Positions 1-11,924 of a stretch of 64,000 bases of DNA are shown here, piece after piece (the first letter of the stretch is position 1; every line of letters begins with the position of its first letter). The stretch is from Hypanus sabinus (Eukaryota): assembly GCF_030144855.1 (NCBI RefSeq), contig NC_082731.1, forward strand, positions 26,908,001 to 26,972,000, written 5' to 3'. The notes beneath the pieces are model-generated. The model saw nothing but the letters and a program-made list of their open reading frames with translations. It ran no database searches and had not been told where the DNA came from. Position numbers and translations under genes: made by a program.

Positions 1-1
1 A

Positions 2-800
2 ATGCAGTCTGAGGCCCCTCGCAACCCATGGGACTTTACACCTTTCCTCTTTACTCCGAGCCTCTGGGCCTTGATAAGCAGAAGTTATGACCTGTACAAA
101 AGGGACATGTTACACCTGACTCCATGGGGGACAAATAGATTTGCAGACCGGTTTGTTGGAGCTGTTCAGAAGGGTTTAAACAAATATGGCAGAGGGATGG
201 GAAATGAAGTGAAAGGGTTGAGGATCAAATTGTTGGTTTACAAACAGAGGTAGGGTGTAGTGAGACTGCTAGGTAAGAAGCTGATGTTCGGGTATAATTG
301 CAGTTGGATGAGTTGCAATGTAAAAGGGGGACAAAATTTTAAACTGTGATTAATACAGGACTGAAGGTGTTATATTTGAATGCACATAGTATACAGAATA
401 AGCTAGATGAACTTGTAGCACAGCTACAGATTGGCATGTATGACCTTGTGGGCATTACTGAATTGTGGCTGAAAGAAGATTATAGCTGGGAGCTTGATGT
501 CTAAGGATACCCATTGTATCACATGGACGAGAAGGTAGGCAGAAGGTGTGGTGTGGCTGTGTTGGTTAAAAATTAATTAAGATCATTAGAAAGAGATGAC
601 ATATTATCAAATGGTGTAGAATCATTCTAGGTAGAGCTAAGAATTTGCAAGTGTGAAAGACTCTGATTGGATTTATAAACAGACCTGCAAACAGTATAGC
701 AAATATGTGGTCTACAAAATACAACGGAAGGCAGAAAATGCTTGTCAAAAATGCAATGTTAAGATAATCATCGGGAATTTCAATGAGCAAGTCGATTGGG
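2..800 (+). mobile_element. CR1-type LINE fragment (family 1): end of SGNH-esterase ORF1, then decayed APE endonuclease of ORF2
   Basis: ORF 2-253 ends LHLTPWGTNRFA (SGNH block V-like). From ~358 the frame reads LKVLYLNAHSIQNKLDEL...LVGITELWL, the start of a CR1 APE domain, with stops. Confidence 0.8.
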
Positions 801-2345
801 ATGGATTGCACAGGAACTGCAGGGGAACTATTATCCTGGTTTCAAGATTTGCTGATGCTACATGGGAGAGTTTAAGGGATTCTGATAGGGCTGAATTTGT
901 TAAGTACATCCAGGCATGTTTCTCAAATCACTATGTTTACGGTCCAATGAAAGGAGGGGCAACACTGCTCCTGGCACTGCAGAATGAGCCTGGCCAGGTG
1001 ACTGACCTTTCAGTGGGTGAACGGTAACGGAAGAGTGCCAACTCGTTAACTTTTAGGATAACTATCGACAAAAATAGGTATTATCCTTGTGGAACAATTT
1101 TAAATTGGCATAGGGCAACTTACAAGGACATTCAGCAGGAACTAAGAAGTGTTAATTGGAAACACCTTTTCTCTGGCAAGTCCACATCAGACATGTGGAG
1201 GGTGTTTAAAGAGCAATTGCACACAGTAAAGGAAAAGTATGTTCCTGTCAGAAGGAAGGCTGGGGATGGAAAGATATGAGAACCCTGGGTGTTCAGAGAG
1301 GTGATGAATTTAGTCAAGAAGAAAAAGATAAATTATGTAAAGTTTCAGAAGGTCAAATCAAACAAAGCACGTGAGCAGTATAAAGAAACCAGAAAGGAAC
1401 TAAAGGGAATTAGAAAAGCCATGAGGGGCCATGAAAAGTCATGGTAAGTTGGAGTAAGGTGAATCCCAAGGCATTCTATACATATGTCAATGGTGAGAGG
1501 ATAACTCAGGAGAGGGTGGGAGCATTCAAAGATAAAGGGGGAAATATCTGCTTGGATGCAGAGAATGGGAGTGAGGTACTTAATGAGTACTTTGCTTCAT
1601 TATTTACAAAGGAAAAGGATGCGGAGGAACCAAGAGATCAGTGCTGAGTGTATAAATAAATTCGGGCATTTCGAGGTAAAGTTGGAGGAAGTATTGGGTA
1701 CCCGAAAAAGGATTAAGATGCATAAGTCCTCAGCACAAATGTTGTACCTCTATTTATGAAGGGAAAAAGGATACACCTTTAAGCAACAGTACTGCTGAGC
1801 AGAGAGATCTTGGAATCCAAGTTCAGACTCCTTGAAAGTGACTGCACAGGTCAATAAGAGGGTGAACAAGGTTTACGGAAGGCTTGCTTTTATTAGTTGC
1901 AGCATTGAGTTCAAAGGTCAGGAGGTTATGTTGCAACTTTATGGAACTCTGGTTCTATCAAATCTGGAGCATTGTGCAGAGTTCTGGTTGCCCCACTGTA
2001 AGAAATATGCTGAGGCTTTGGAGAGGCTGCAGAAGAAGTTAACAAAGATGTTGCCTGGTTTAAAGGGCATGTGCTATTATGAGAGGCTGGATAAACTAAG
2101 TTTGTTTTCTCTGGAGCATCAGAGCTAAAGGGGGATCTGATTGAGGTTTACAAGATTATGAGAGGCATAGATAAAGAAACTATCTCTTTCCCAATTGTTG
2201 TAAGGAAGTAGGAGGGCTGTGGACATGTTGTAAGTAGATGGGATTGATGTCTGGATGATTTTGATTTGCTTTATAGCTAGTTCAGCACAATACTGTGAAC
2301 TGAATGGCCTGTGCTGTCCAAAATCATTTTGGTGCCAGATCCCAA
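801..2345 (+). mobile_element. CR1-type LINE (family 2) nested in family 1, internally deleted, with 3' tail
   Basis: DGLHRNCRGTIILVSRFADATWESL (SGNH C-terminus), then APE end (EPGQVTDLSVGE), NEYFASLFT, LEHCAEFWLPH...LERLQKKLTKMLPGL (RT thumb), and a CR1 3' UTR motif near 2280-2320. Confidence 0.8.
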
Positions 2346-2669
2346 GCAAAGGAATTTTTGTTTTTTTAGAGCAGCTGGTGATTGAGCCCACTAGGCAATT
2401 AATGAACCGGAGTTAAAGTAAAGGAACCTTTAGGAGGCAGTGATCATAATATGACATAATTCACTCTGCAGTTATTTTGAGAAGGTGAGCGAAAGTCATA
2501 TTTATCAGTATTACTGTGGAGTAAAGGAAACTTCAGAGGCATTGAGAGCAGCTGGCCAAAATTGATTGGAAGGGGACACTAGCAGGGATGATGGCAGAAA
2601 AGCAATAGCTGGAGATTCTGGGAGCAAATTGAAATGCATAAAATAAATGCATGCTAAAGAAGAAATATT

Positions 2670-2826
2670 CTACAGGCCAGATGATGCCAGGCAGTATCTA
2701 TGGAAAAGAATAAATAAATGATGTTTCAGGCCAAGTTCCTTCATCAGTCTGAAATATGGACTTTTGACTCTTTTACACAGATGCTGCCAGGCCTGCTGAG
2801 CTCAACCAGCATTTTGTGGTGTTGCC
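2670..2826. mobile_element. Decayed Penelope-derived palindromic short element
   Basis: GGCAGTATCTATGGAAAAG...ATGTTTCAGGCCAAGTTCCTTCATCAG...CAGATGCTGCCAGGCCTGCTGAG...CAGCATTTTGTG; same family as 63840-64000. Confidence 0.7.
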
Positions 2827-2829
2827 TTA

Positions 2830-4300
2830 GAACCCATGGTACTACTTGAAAGATACAGGGGTGGTTAGAACCCTGGTTGATTGGCAGGAGGCAATGATTA
2901 GGAATACAGGGAGCCTTTTCTGGTTAGCTGCCAGTGACCGGTGACTATATTCGACCTAATCTTTTCATGTAAAATAACAATAATTTGGATAATGGAATTG
3001 ATTGCTTTTGTGACAGGTTTGCAAATGATACAAAGGTAGGTGGAGGGGCAGGCAGAGTTGAGGAAGCTTCTTATGGTGGAAGAGTCTATGACCAGAAAAC
3101 ACAGCATCAAAATTGAGGGGCCTTTTTTAGAAAGGAGATCAGAACAAATTTTTTTTTCAGCACAGAGTGATGAACCTGTGGAATTCGCTGTCACATGTGG
3201 CTGTGGAGGCAAATTCTTTAGGTATATTCAAGGCAGAGGTTGATAGATTCTTGATTAGTCAGGGCATGAAGTGGTACAGTGAGAAGCCAGGAGATTGGGG
3301 TTGGTGGGTCTCATCAGCAAAACGACAAGACAGCTTACAGAGAGGAGGTGCCACGGCTAATGGACTGGTGCAAAGCCAACAACCTTTCTATGAATGTCAA
3401 CTAAACAAAAGAGATGGTTGTTGACTTCATGAGGGCACGGAGTGACCACTCCCCACTGAATATCAATGGCTCCTCTGTAGAGATCATTAAGAATACCAAA
3501 TTTCTTGGTGTTGACCTGGCAGAGGATCTCACCTGGTCCCTCAACACCAGCTCCGTAGCAAAGAAAGCCCAGTAGCATCTCTACATTCTGTGACGGCTGA
3601 GGAAAGTTCATCTCCCACCCACCATCCTAATCACATTCTGCAGGGGTTGTATTGAGAGTATCCGGAGCAGCTGCATCACTGCCTGATTTGGAAATTGCAC
3701 CATCTCAGATCTTAAGACCCTACAGCAGATAGTGAGTTCAGCTGAGATCATCGGGGTCTCTCTTCCCACCATTACGGACATTTACACTACACGCTGCATC
3801 CGCAATGCAAACAGCATTACGAAGGACCCCATGCACCCCTCATACAAACTCTTCTCCCTCCTGCCGTCTGGGAAAAAGGCACCAAAACGTTCGGGCTCTC
3901 ACAACCAGACTATGTAACAGTTTCTTCCACCAAGCTATCAGACTCCTCAATACTCAGTGCCTGGAATGACACCTTACTGCCCTATTGTCTTGTTTATTAT
4001 TTAATGTAATGTCTGCACTGTTTTGTGCACTTTATGCAGTCCTGGGTAGGTCTCTAGTCTAGTGTAGTTTTTTTCTGTGTTGCTTTTTAAGTAGTTCAGT
4101 CTAGTTTTTGTACTGTGTCATGTAACACCATGGTCCTGAAAAACGTTGTCTCATTTTTACTATGAAGTACCAGCAATTATGGTCGAAATGATAATGAAAG
4201 TGACTTGACTTGAGAGGGAAAATGGATCAGCCATGATGAAATAGTGAATCAGACTTGATGCGCCAAATTGGCCTAATTCTACTGCTATATCTTATGGTCT
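2830..4300 (+). mobile_element. CR1 3' fragment split by a Rex1 insertion
   Basis: FANDTKVGGGA and MNLWNSL motifs. GATTGGGG at ~3293 rejoins TGAGAGGGAAAATGGATCAGCC at ~4210. Tail TCTTATGGTCTTA at ~4290. Confidence 0.7.
3301..4213 (+). mobile_element. Rex1/Babar LINE, 5'-truncated (RT C-terminus and 3' UTR)
   Basis: Translates to VGLISKND.TAYREEV..L.DWCKANNL...KFLGVDL.EDLTWSLNTS and ITKDPMHPSYKLFSLLPSGK; ends in a (TGACT)n tail at ~4200-4213. Confidence 0.85.
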
Positions 4301-4489
4301 TAACGGAGGAGTTCTGAGGGTTAAGAGTTATTTCAATAAACTGGAGTTGATTAGGATTAGTCAACAAGGCTCTGTTTCTGGTACATTATGTCTCATGAAT
4401 TTCCTCCATTTCATCCCTGCTCCACCTTCCATAAGACCATAAGGATTCTCTCTCTTTCTGTTCCCGTCTGTTCATTTCTCATCTATTAG

Positions 4490-5088
4490 GTCATGGTAAT
4501 TTAGTGAGAATGGCTCCGGGGCAGTGTTTTGCTATCTGTGTGGGATGTGGTAGACTCCAGTCTCCCAGGTGAACACATCTGCCAGGTGCATTGAGCTGCA
4601 GCAATTGAGAGAATTTATTAAGGAACTGGAGCTGCAGCTCGATGAGCTTTGACTCATATGGGAGAATGATGAGGTGATAGACACGAGCTACAGGGAGGTA
4701 GTTACCCCAAGGTTGCAGAAGATAGGTAACTGGGTGAATGTCAGGAAAAGGAGGGCAAATGCACAACCAGTGCAGAGAACACCTGTGGCTGTTCCGCTCA
4801 ATAATAAGTATTTAACTTTAGATACAATGGAGAGGAAACAACCTACCCGGGAGATCCAGAATGAGGGGCTTCTGGCACTGGGTCTGGTGATGTGGCTCAG
4901 AAGAGGAGAGAGGTTTTGGGGAATGAAGTGAGGATAGGAGATTCCTTCATCAGAAGAACAGAGACAAGGTTCTGTGGGCTCAATACAGAAACACAGATGG
5001 TATGTTGCATCCCTGCTGCCAGGAACAGGGATGTCACAGATCATGTCCATGGTATTCTCAACGGCAAGTGTGAACAGCCAGAAGTCTT
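4490..5088 (+). mobile_element. CR1 ORF1 fragment (Cys-rich N-terminus, coiled coil, SGNH esterase start)
   Basis: EVVTPRLQ..GNWV.VR, VAVPLNNKY, IGDSFIRRTETRFCG, MVCCIPAARNRDV; homologous to 30306-31230. Confidence 0.8.
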
Positions 5089-6690
5089 TGTGGCAAGACA
5101 CTCCCAACTGCACCAGCTTCCGAGAGTATGGATATCTGGCACGGCCCCTTTAAGCGTTCAGGATGGCCCTGCTAATTGATAATCGTGTATGGGCACCAAA
5201 AACTGAGTACTTAAGGAACAGTTGAACAGAGGTTTGGTGCTCAATCATGAGCCAACTGGTGATATCATTCAGCATTTGTTTTGTGCTCAGATCTAGTTTG
5301 ATACCACGTTTAGAACCTTGTTTTATTTACCCCGGCAATTGGCTCCAAACAATCCTCATCAAGGACTCCTGTCACATTATAATTGAGCCAACATGGACCC
5401 AGTGGGATATCAAAATCTTTCAGGCACTGTGGTGACGAGGATTTCCAGACAAGTCCTAGAGATTCACGAACTCCAGGTAGCCGTTCAACAACTTTTGCAA
5501 GGAGGAATCCAAAGTCGCTCAGGACAGCCAGTTCGTGCTTGTATGGAGCTAGCACATCATTCAACCCCAGAGAGATTCGTCAGTGACTTGGGTTCCTGCC
5601 GTGGCTCTTCACCCGATGCTCATTCATGTTTGAACTACAGCGGTCCCAGTTCCGTTCAGAGCGAGGAAAGATGGCCCTCATTATCTCTCTCCGGTCTGGA
5701 AGAGCCCTGGCTTGGGCCACTGCGCATTGGGAACGCCGGTCAGAGATCTGCTCGGATTCAGGGGAATTCCTGGCTGCCATGAGGAAGGTGTTTAATCACT
5801 TCACCGGAGCCAGCGAGCCTTGGACCACCTGATGAAGATTCAACAGGGTTATGGTCCACAGCCGACAATGCAATCGAATTTTGGACCTTGGCCCAGAAGA
5901 GTGGTTGGAATAGGAGCACCGTGGCCATATTCTACCACCACAGATGAACGGAAGGACGCCTCGACTTGGCAGAGCTAGCTAAGATCTTAGAGACTTTGAG
6001 TGATCAGTTCATCCATCTCAATAATCGTCTGGCAGAGCGAAAATGGGACCACTTCGGGAAATCAAACTGAGCAGGTTGAATGCCAGTCCCTATGCATCGC
6101 AGCTTCAGACCATAAACAGCCCGTTAGCTACTCAAGATCCAGTCGAACCCATGCAGGTTGGTTGTACTGGGCTCTCTGCTGATGATAGGTCCCGGTGTCG
6201 GAGTCAAGGTCACTGCTTTTACTGTGGGGAAGTATGTCACTGGTGGACTGAATGTCCCAGGCTGTTGACTGGAGGGAGGGGAGAAGTATTGCTTGCTGCA
6301 GTCATCATAAGAGGGTTTGTTTGTACCATGGTGTTCTGAGACTCAGACTCTCCCGTGACCAACAACCAATAAGGGGGCAGCCTTCAGTGTGAGTTGACCT
6401 GAGACCTTCTAGAGAACAATACCTGCCCTCAAGGTTGAACAAGCCGTTTCTAGTCGATACTCTGTGAGTCCCAACACTATCTGGTCGGGTCCTCTAGCTC
6501 AGGAGAGGACCAAGCAAATATCTGAACAGTCTGGGGAACTTGCAGCCATGCTTATGGAATCCAGCCACCAGGTCGAAAGGAAGGGAAAAGACTCCTTTCC
6601 ACTGAACCCTGAAGCCTATTTCCAAGATGGAAATAATCTCTGTAATGCCTCACTGCTGTTGCTTGAGGATTCAGACAGGGATTTAAGGAG
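5089..6690 (+). mobile_element. Chromovirus/sushi-like Ty3/Gypsy, 5' part (LTR ~5089-5376, frameshifted gag, CCHC knuckle)
   Basis: TG...TGTCACA LTR-like segment with ATG at 5393. Gag motifs PERF...GSCRG and FELQ...SERGKMALIISLRSGRALAWATAHW; zinc knuckle CFYCGEVCHWWTEC. Confidence 0.8.
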
Positions 6691-7546
6691 GAAGAAGTGT
6701 TCAAAAGGCAAGATGACACAACCATGGTGAACAAGGGAAGTCAAGACAACATAACAGCAAAAGAAAGGGCATATAATTGAGCTCGCATTGTTGAGAAGTT
6801 AGAGCATTAGTAAGCATTTAAAACCAACGGAAGGCAACTAAAAAAGTCAGTAAGAAGAGTAAGATGGAATACTAAAGTTAGGTACCCAACAATATTAAAG
6901 AGAACATCAAATGTTGCTTCAGATACATAAAGTGTAAAAGAGAGGTGAGAGTGGGTATCGGACCACACTGGAAAACAATGCTGGAAGGTTAATAATGGGG
7001 GACAAGAAAATGGTGGACACACTGAATAAATATCTTGCATCAGTGAGGAAGACACTAGCAGTCTGGTAGAAGTTCCAGGTGTTGGGGTCATGAAGTGTGT
7101 GAAGCTACCATGACTACAGAGTAGATTCTTGAGAAATTGAAAGGTCTGAACATAGATAAGTCACATGGACCAGACAGTGCACACCACAACATTCAGAAAG
7201 ATTATATCTTTTCACATTATATGTCAGTGATTTGGATGTTGGACTTAATGGCTTTGTTGGAAAGTTTGCAGACGATACGAAGATAGGTCGAGGGGCAGGT
7301 AGTTTTGAGGAAGTACAGGTGATACAGAAACAGTTAAATAGATTAGGAGAATGGGCAAAGATGAGGCAGATGGAATACAATGTTGGGAAGAGTATGGTCG
7401 TGCTCTTTGGGAGAAGAAATGAAACAGTTGACTCTTTTCTAAATGGACATAAAATACAAAATGCTGAGGGGCAAAGGGATTTGCGAATCCTTGTGCAGGA
7501 TTCCCTGATGGTTAACTTGCAGGATGAGTCTGTGGTGAGGAAATGA
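6690..7546 (+). mobile_element. CR1 ORF2 fragments
   Basis: LNKYLASV, KSHGPD, FVGKFADDTKIGRGA, MEYNVGK motifs. Confidence 0.8.
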
Positions 7547-7589
7547 ACCTTTCTGAAAAATTTTCATGCAATTCAACCCCCGCCACCAC

Positions 7590-7990
7590 TTTAAAAAATG
7601 TGACCACTGGTAGGTCAAGGGCAAGTTGCATGTCGGATCTGCGCACAGACCAACGGGGATAAAAGGGAGGCTGGGAACATGCAGACCTCCAAACAATAGA
7701 TGGTCCGCATGTTTCTCTAACCAGGTGTAAGACGGGCCTTTTTAACTAATGGTGGCAGGAATAGAAACAGGTCGGTGGGAGGTCTGGTGTACTGTGTCTG
7801 CCTGACTTTTTCTCTGGTGTTTCCCTTCTCTGTCTTCCCTTGGCAAACAGCCTATAGCGGGAAAGGCCTGTGTATACATACATCCTGACACTCTCGCAAA
7901 CATCCCCTCCACATCAACCCGAACTGAGCCTTTCAATAGTCGATAATGTTCTGAGGTTTTTATGGCAGTTGGCAAAAAACTTTAAGGTGC
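7590..7990 (+). promoter_or_regulatory. Degenerate paralog of the CCAAT-rich promoter-like region at 47580-47985
   Basis: Colinear similarity, e.g. GATAAAAGGGAGG, GCAAACATCC.CTCCACATCAAC, GAGCCTTTCAATAGTC, CTGAGG.TTTTATGGC. All five CCAAT boxes carry a substitution. Confidence 0.6.
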
Positions 7991-7999
7991 ATTATCGCC

Positions 8000-9600
8000 A
8001 CTACAGGGTCAACATATCATGACACACATTTTTAAATTTGATCCCATATTGATATTTGTGTCAAATTTATAAAAAGTCCTGTGTTCTTAAGGAACTGTAC
8101 TATATATTTAAAGCAATAATCCTGCAATCCTTTCTGCAAAATGCTATTGATTTTAAATTGAATTTCATTCTGTGGAAACTCTAAGATCAACTAACCCCTC
8201 TCCTGATTATATCTTGTTGATTGCAATATTCACAACTCCCATTATTATGTTTCTTCATGAAAACAATGTACTTTAACTCTGTGTGCCCAAATCTCAATCT
8301 TGATGTTATCACCTCCTGCCTCCTGGTCTTTCCTGTATTCCTCAACTATCCCATTTCTTTCAGGATATTATTATATAGTCTAAATAATGTCTGTATTATC
8401 TTACTTACAATGTCTCGTTTTACCTCTGAATTTAAATCTTTTCGACTCCTGATTGTTGTCCTTGAATCAGACAATATTACAAATCTCATCGGGCTTACTT
8501 CCTCCACCTACTGCAAAGCAAATAGTCCAGCTGTCATTTCCCCTGCATACACTGAGAAATCATCATTTATCCTCACTTGCTTTTTCATATTAAAATCAGG
8601 CACTACCAATCCTCCCCCAAATCTACTATTGCCATTCTTGAAGCATTTGTTTGCATTTGTAAACATACATAATGTTCATTATTTACATAAGATTCAACTA
8701 TATCTTGATTTAAAATCACTTCTCTGTTTTTCTGTCTCTTTGAATACTTTAAGATCCATCTCTGCTACTTCACACAGTCATGGAGGCAGCCTAGGAAAAG
8801 ACACTGTATCACTCACTGCCTTATTACTAAATCTTGTCCTTTATGCTTTTCTTTCAATAGTCCATGTAAAACTTCAGAATTTCTTTCTATACTTTTCCCA
8901 GCATCGATCTAATAGCTGTTTGCTTGGATGATGTTCTCCAGGTCCTTGTAGGTTTACCCAATATGTTAACTCAAGCTGTTCTTCTCAGTTCCAGAGGTGT
9001 CTCTCCCAACTCCACCTGCATTGCCACCACTGGTGTCCTTATTACCCCATTGATTAACCTTAAGGCTTGACTTTGAATTATATCCAGTTTATTGAGCACA
9101 CAGTGTGATGCTGATCCATATACCATACTTCCATAGTCCAGTATTGATCTTAATAATCCTATATATATTGTTTTCAAGGGTTTCCTATCAGCTCCCCATT
9201 CCTTTCCTGTTAAACACCTCATAACATTTAGCACTTTCTTATTTTTGGTTATTATTTATTTAATATGTGTTGACCATGTGAGTATTTTATCAAATCAAAT
9301 TCCTAAAAATTTAAAGGTATCCACAGTTTCTAATTCAATACCATAAAATTTTAGTTTCAAGTGTTATTCTGTATTCTTCCTAGTGAAAAGCATTATTTTG
9401 GATTTCTCTGCTGAAAATCTGAATTCCCATTTTCATACCCATTCTTCCACCTTAACCTATAAGTCTTGAAGTTTCCATGTTATAAATTCCACCTTCCCAC
9501 CCCCTTTTGCACATAGCTCCATCATCTAGAAATAATGATATTCCAATACTACTATTTCTATTGGAAAATATATCATTTATCATGATAGTAATAATATTCT
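8000..9600 (-). mobile_element. I/Nimb-type LINE 3' part (RT thumb plus RNase H), decayed
   Basis: WGADRKPLKTIYIGLLRSILDYGSMVYGSAS (8971-9234). Minus strand reads MFTNANK...SVYAGEMTAGLFAL...VILSDS, matching RNase H. Confidence 0.75.
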
Positions 9601-9604
9601 CTCA

Positions 9605-10995
9605 TTGGTTTAACAACAGAGGCAATGTGTAGTGAGTCTGCTAGCAAGCAAAGGCTGATGATAGGGCAAAACTGCAGTCAATGGGATAATTTGAAATGTA
9701 AAAGTGGGACAAAATCGAAAAGGGTGATGAACCTTGGGGTGACGCCCAAGGATACACATTGTACTGGAAGGACAGGGAGATAGGCAGAGGACATGGTGCA
9801 GCTGTGTTGGGAAAAAAATTAAATCAAATCATTAGAAAGAAGTGACAAAGGATTGGAAGGTGTAGAATTGTTCTGGGTAGAGCTAAGAAACAGTAAGGGT
9901 AAAGTCCTTGATGGGAGTTAATTACAGACCTCCGAGCAGTAGCAAAGATGTGGTCTACAAATTACAATGAGAGATAGAAAATGCATGTCAACAGTGTAGT
10001 GTTAAAAGAGTCATCGGGAATTTCAATATGCAGATAGATTGGGTTGGTTTGCACTTGAACTGGAGAGGAGCCAATATCCTGGCTGTGAGATTTACTGATG
10101 CTACCTGGGAGAGTTTAAACTAGTTTTGTAGGGGGCTGAGAACCAGAGTCCCAGGTCAGCAGGGAATGGATCTGACCAGAAGTTAGAAGTCAGAGAAGGT
10201 ATTGAAAGGCAAAATTGAAATGACAGGTAGGATGGGTCGGATAGTTTGAGGTGTGTATATTTTAACACAGGGAGTATTATGGGTAAGGGTGATGGATCAG
10301 AACATGAAACTACAGTGTTGTAGCCATTACTGAAACTTAGTTGACAGAGCGGCAGGCAGGAATGGGTGATTAATGTGCCAGGTTTTTGGAGTTTTAGAAA
10401 AGATAGAGGAGTAGGTAAGGGTGGGGGGAGTTGCACTCTTTATCAGGGACAATATCACAGCTACACTCAGAGGACACATAATGGAGGGGTCAGAAACTGA
10501 GTCCATTTGGATGAAACACAAATAGGCAGGGTGCAATCCCACTGATGGGATTGTACTACGGACCCCCTAATAGCCACTGGGACATTGAGGAGCAGATATG
10601 TAATCAGATCAAGGAGAAGTGTAATAATAATAGGGTTGGTGTCATGGGGGATTTCAGCTTCCCTAATATAAACTGGGAGCTTCTGAGTGTAAGGGGTCAG
10701 ATGGGTTTGAATCTGTTAAGCAGGTTTCTTAAATAAATGTGTGACAGTCCAGTGAAAGGAGGGACCATACTGTACCTGGTTTTGGGGAATGAGCCTGGCC
10801 AGGTGACTGGCCTTTCAATGGGTGAACAGTTCGGGAATCGTGACCACAACTGGTTAACTTTCAGGATAGCTATCGACAAGGATAGGAATGGTCCTTGTGG
10901 AAGAGATTTAAATTGACACAGGGCAACTTACAAGGGCATCAGACAGGAACAAAGAAGCATTAATTTGGGAACACCTTTTCTCTGGCAAGTCCACA
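9605..10995 (+). mobile_element. Nested CR1 family 1 / family 2 remnants (copy B of segmental repeat)
   Basis: Same family-1 APE to family-2 SGNH-tail junction as at ~800 and ~49860; GLYYGPPNS and VMGDFSFPNINW APE motifs. Confidence 0.75.
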
Positions 10996-11850
10996 TCAGA
11001 TGCAAGACCATGAGACAGGAACAGTATTAGGCCATTCAGCCCATCAATGCTGTCCTGCCATTCCATCATCTGGACTCCACTCAACCCCATACACCTGCCT
11101 TCTCGCCATATTTTTTGATGCCCTGACCGATTAGGATACTATTAACTTCCACCTTAAATATATCCACGATTTAGCCTCCACTGCAGTTTGTGGCAGAGCA
11201 TTCCACAGGTTCAGCATTCTCAGGCTTAAAAAATCATTCCTTACCTTTGTTCTAAAAGATTGCACCTCTATTTTGAGGCTGTGCTCTTCTGTTCCAGATA
11301 CCCCCACCAGAGGAAACATCGACTCCACATCCATCCTATCTATTCTTTTCAGCATTCAGTAGGTTTCAAAAAGATTGCCCCACATTCTTCTAAATTTCAG
11401 TGAGTGCAGGCCCAAAGCTGCCATATGCTTCTCATATGTTAACCCCTTCATTCCTGGACTCATCCTCATGAACCTCCTCTGGACTCTCTCCAATGAAAAC
11501 ACATCCTTTCTGAGATATTGGGCTCAAAACTGATGACAGTACTCCAAGTGTAGCCTGATTAGTGTCTTATGAAGCCTCAACATTATCTCCTTGCTTTTAT
11601 ACTCTATTTCCCTTGAAATAAATGCCAACATTCCATTTGATTTCTTCACCACAGACTCGACCTGTAAATTAACCTTCTGGGAGTCTCACACAAGGACTCC
11701 TAAGTCACTTTGCACCTCTGATGTTTGAACTTCTTCCCATTTCAATAATAGTTTGCACTATTGCTCCTTTTGTGAAAATGAATTATCATACATTTCCCAA
11801 GATTGTAATTCATCTGCCACTTTTTGCCCATTCTTCTAATTTGTCTAAGT
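10996..11850 (-). mobile_element. CR1 3' fragment
   Basis: RMDVESMFPLVG...MLNLWNALPQ (11131-11355); CR1 tail at ~11005-11060. Confidence 0.8.
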
Positions 11851-11924
11851 GGTACAGGAACTGCATTGCCCAAATAGCATAATTCTGCTCCTATACCTTA
11901 TCTTATGGTTTTACTCAGGAACTG

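Noticed and set aside
8221-8931. 236-aa plus-strand ORF rich in Leu/Ser/Phe
   Set aside because: Antisense shadow of the I/Nimb RNase H region; the real motifs are on the minus strand.
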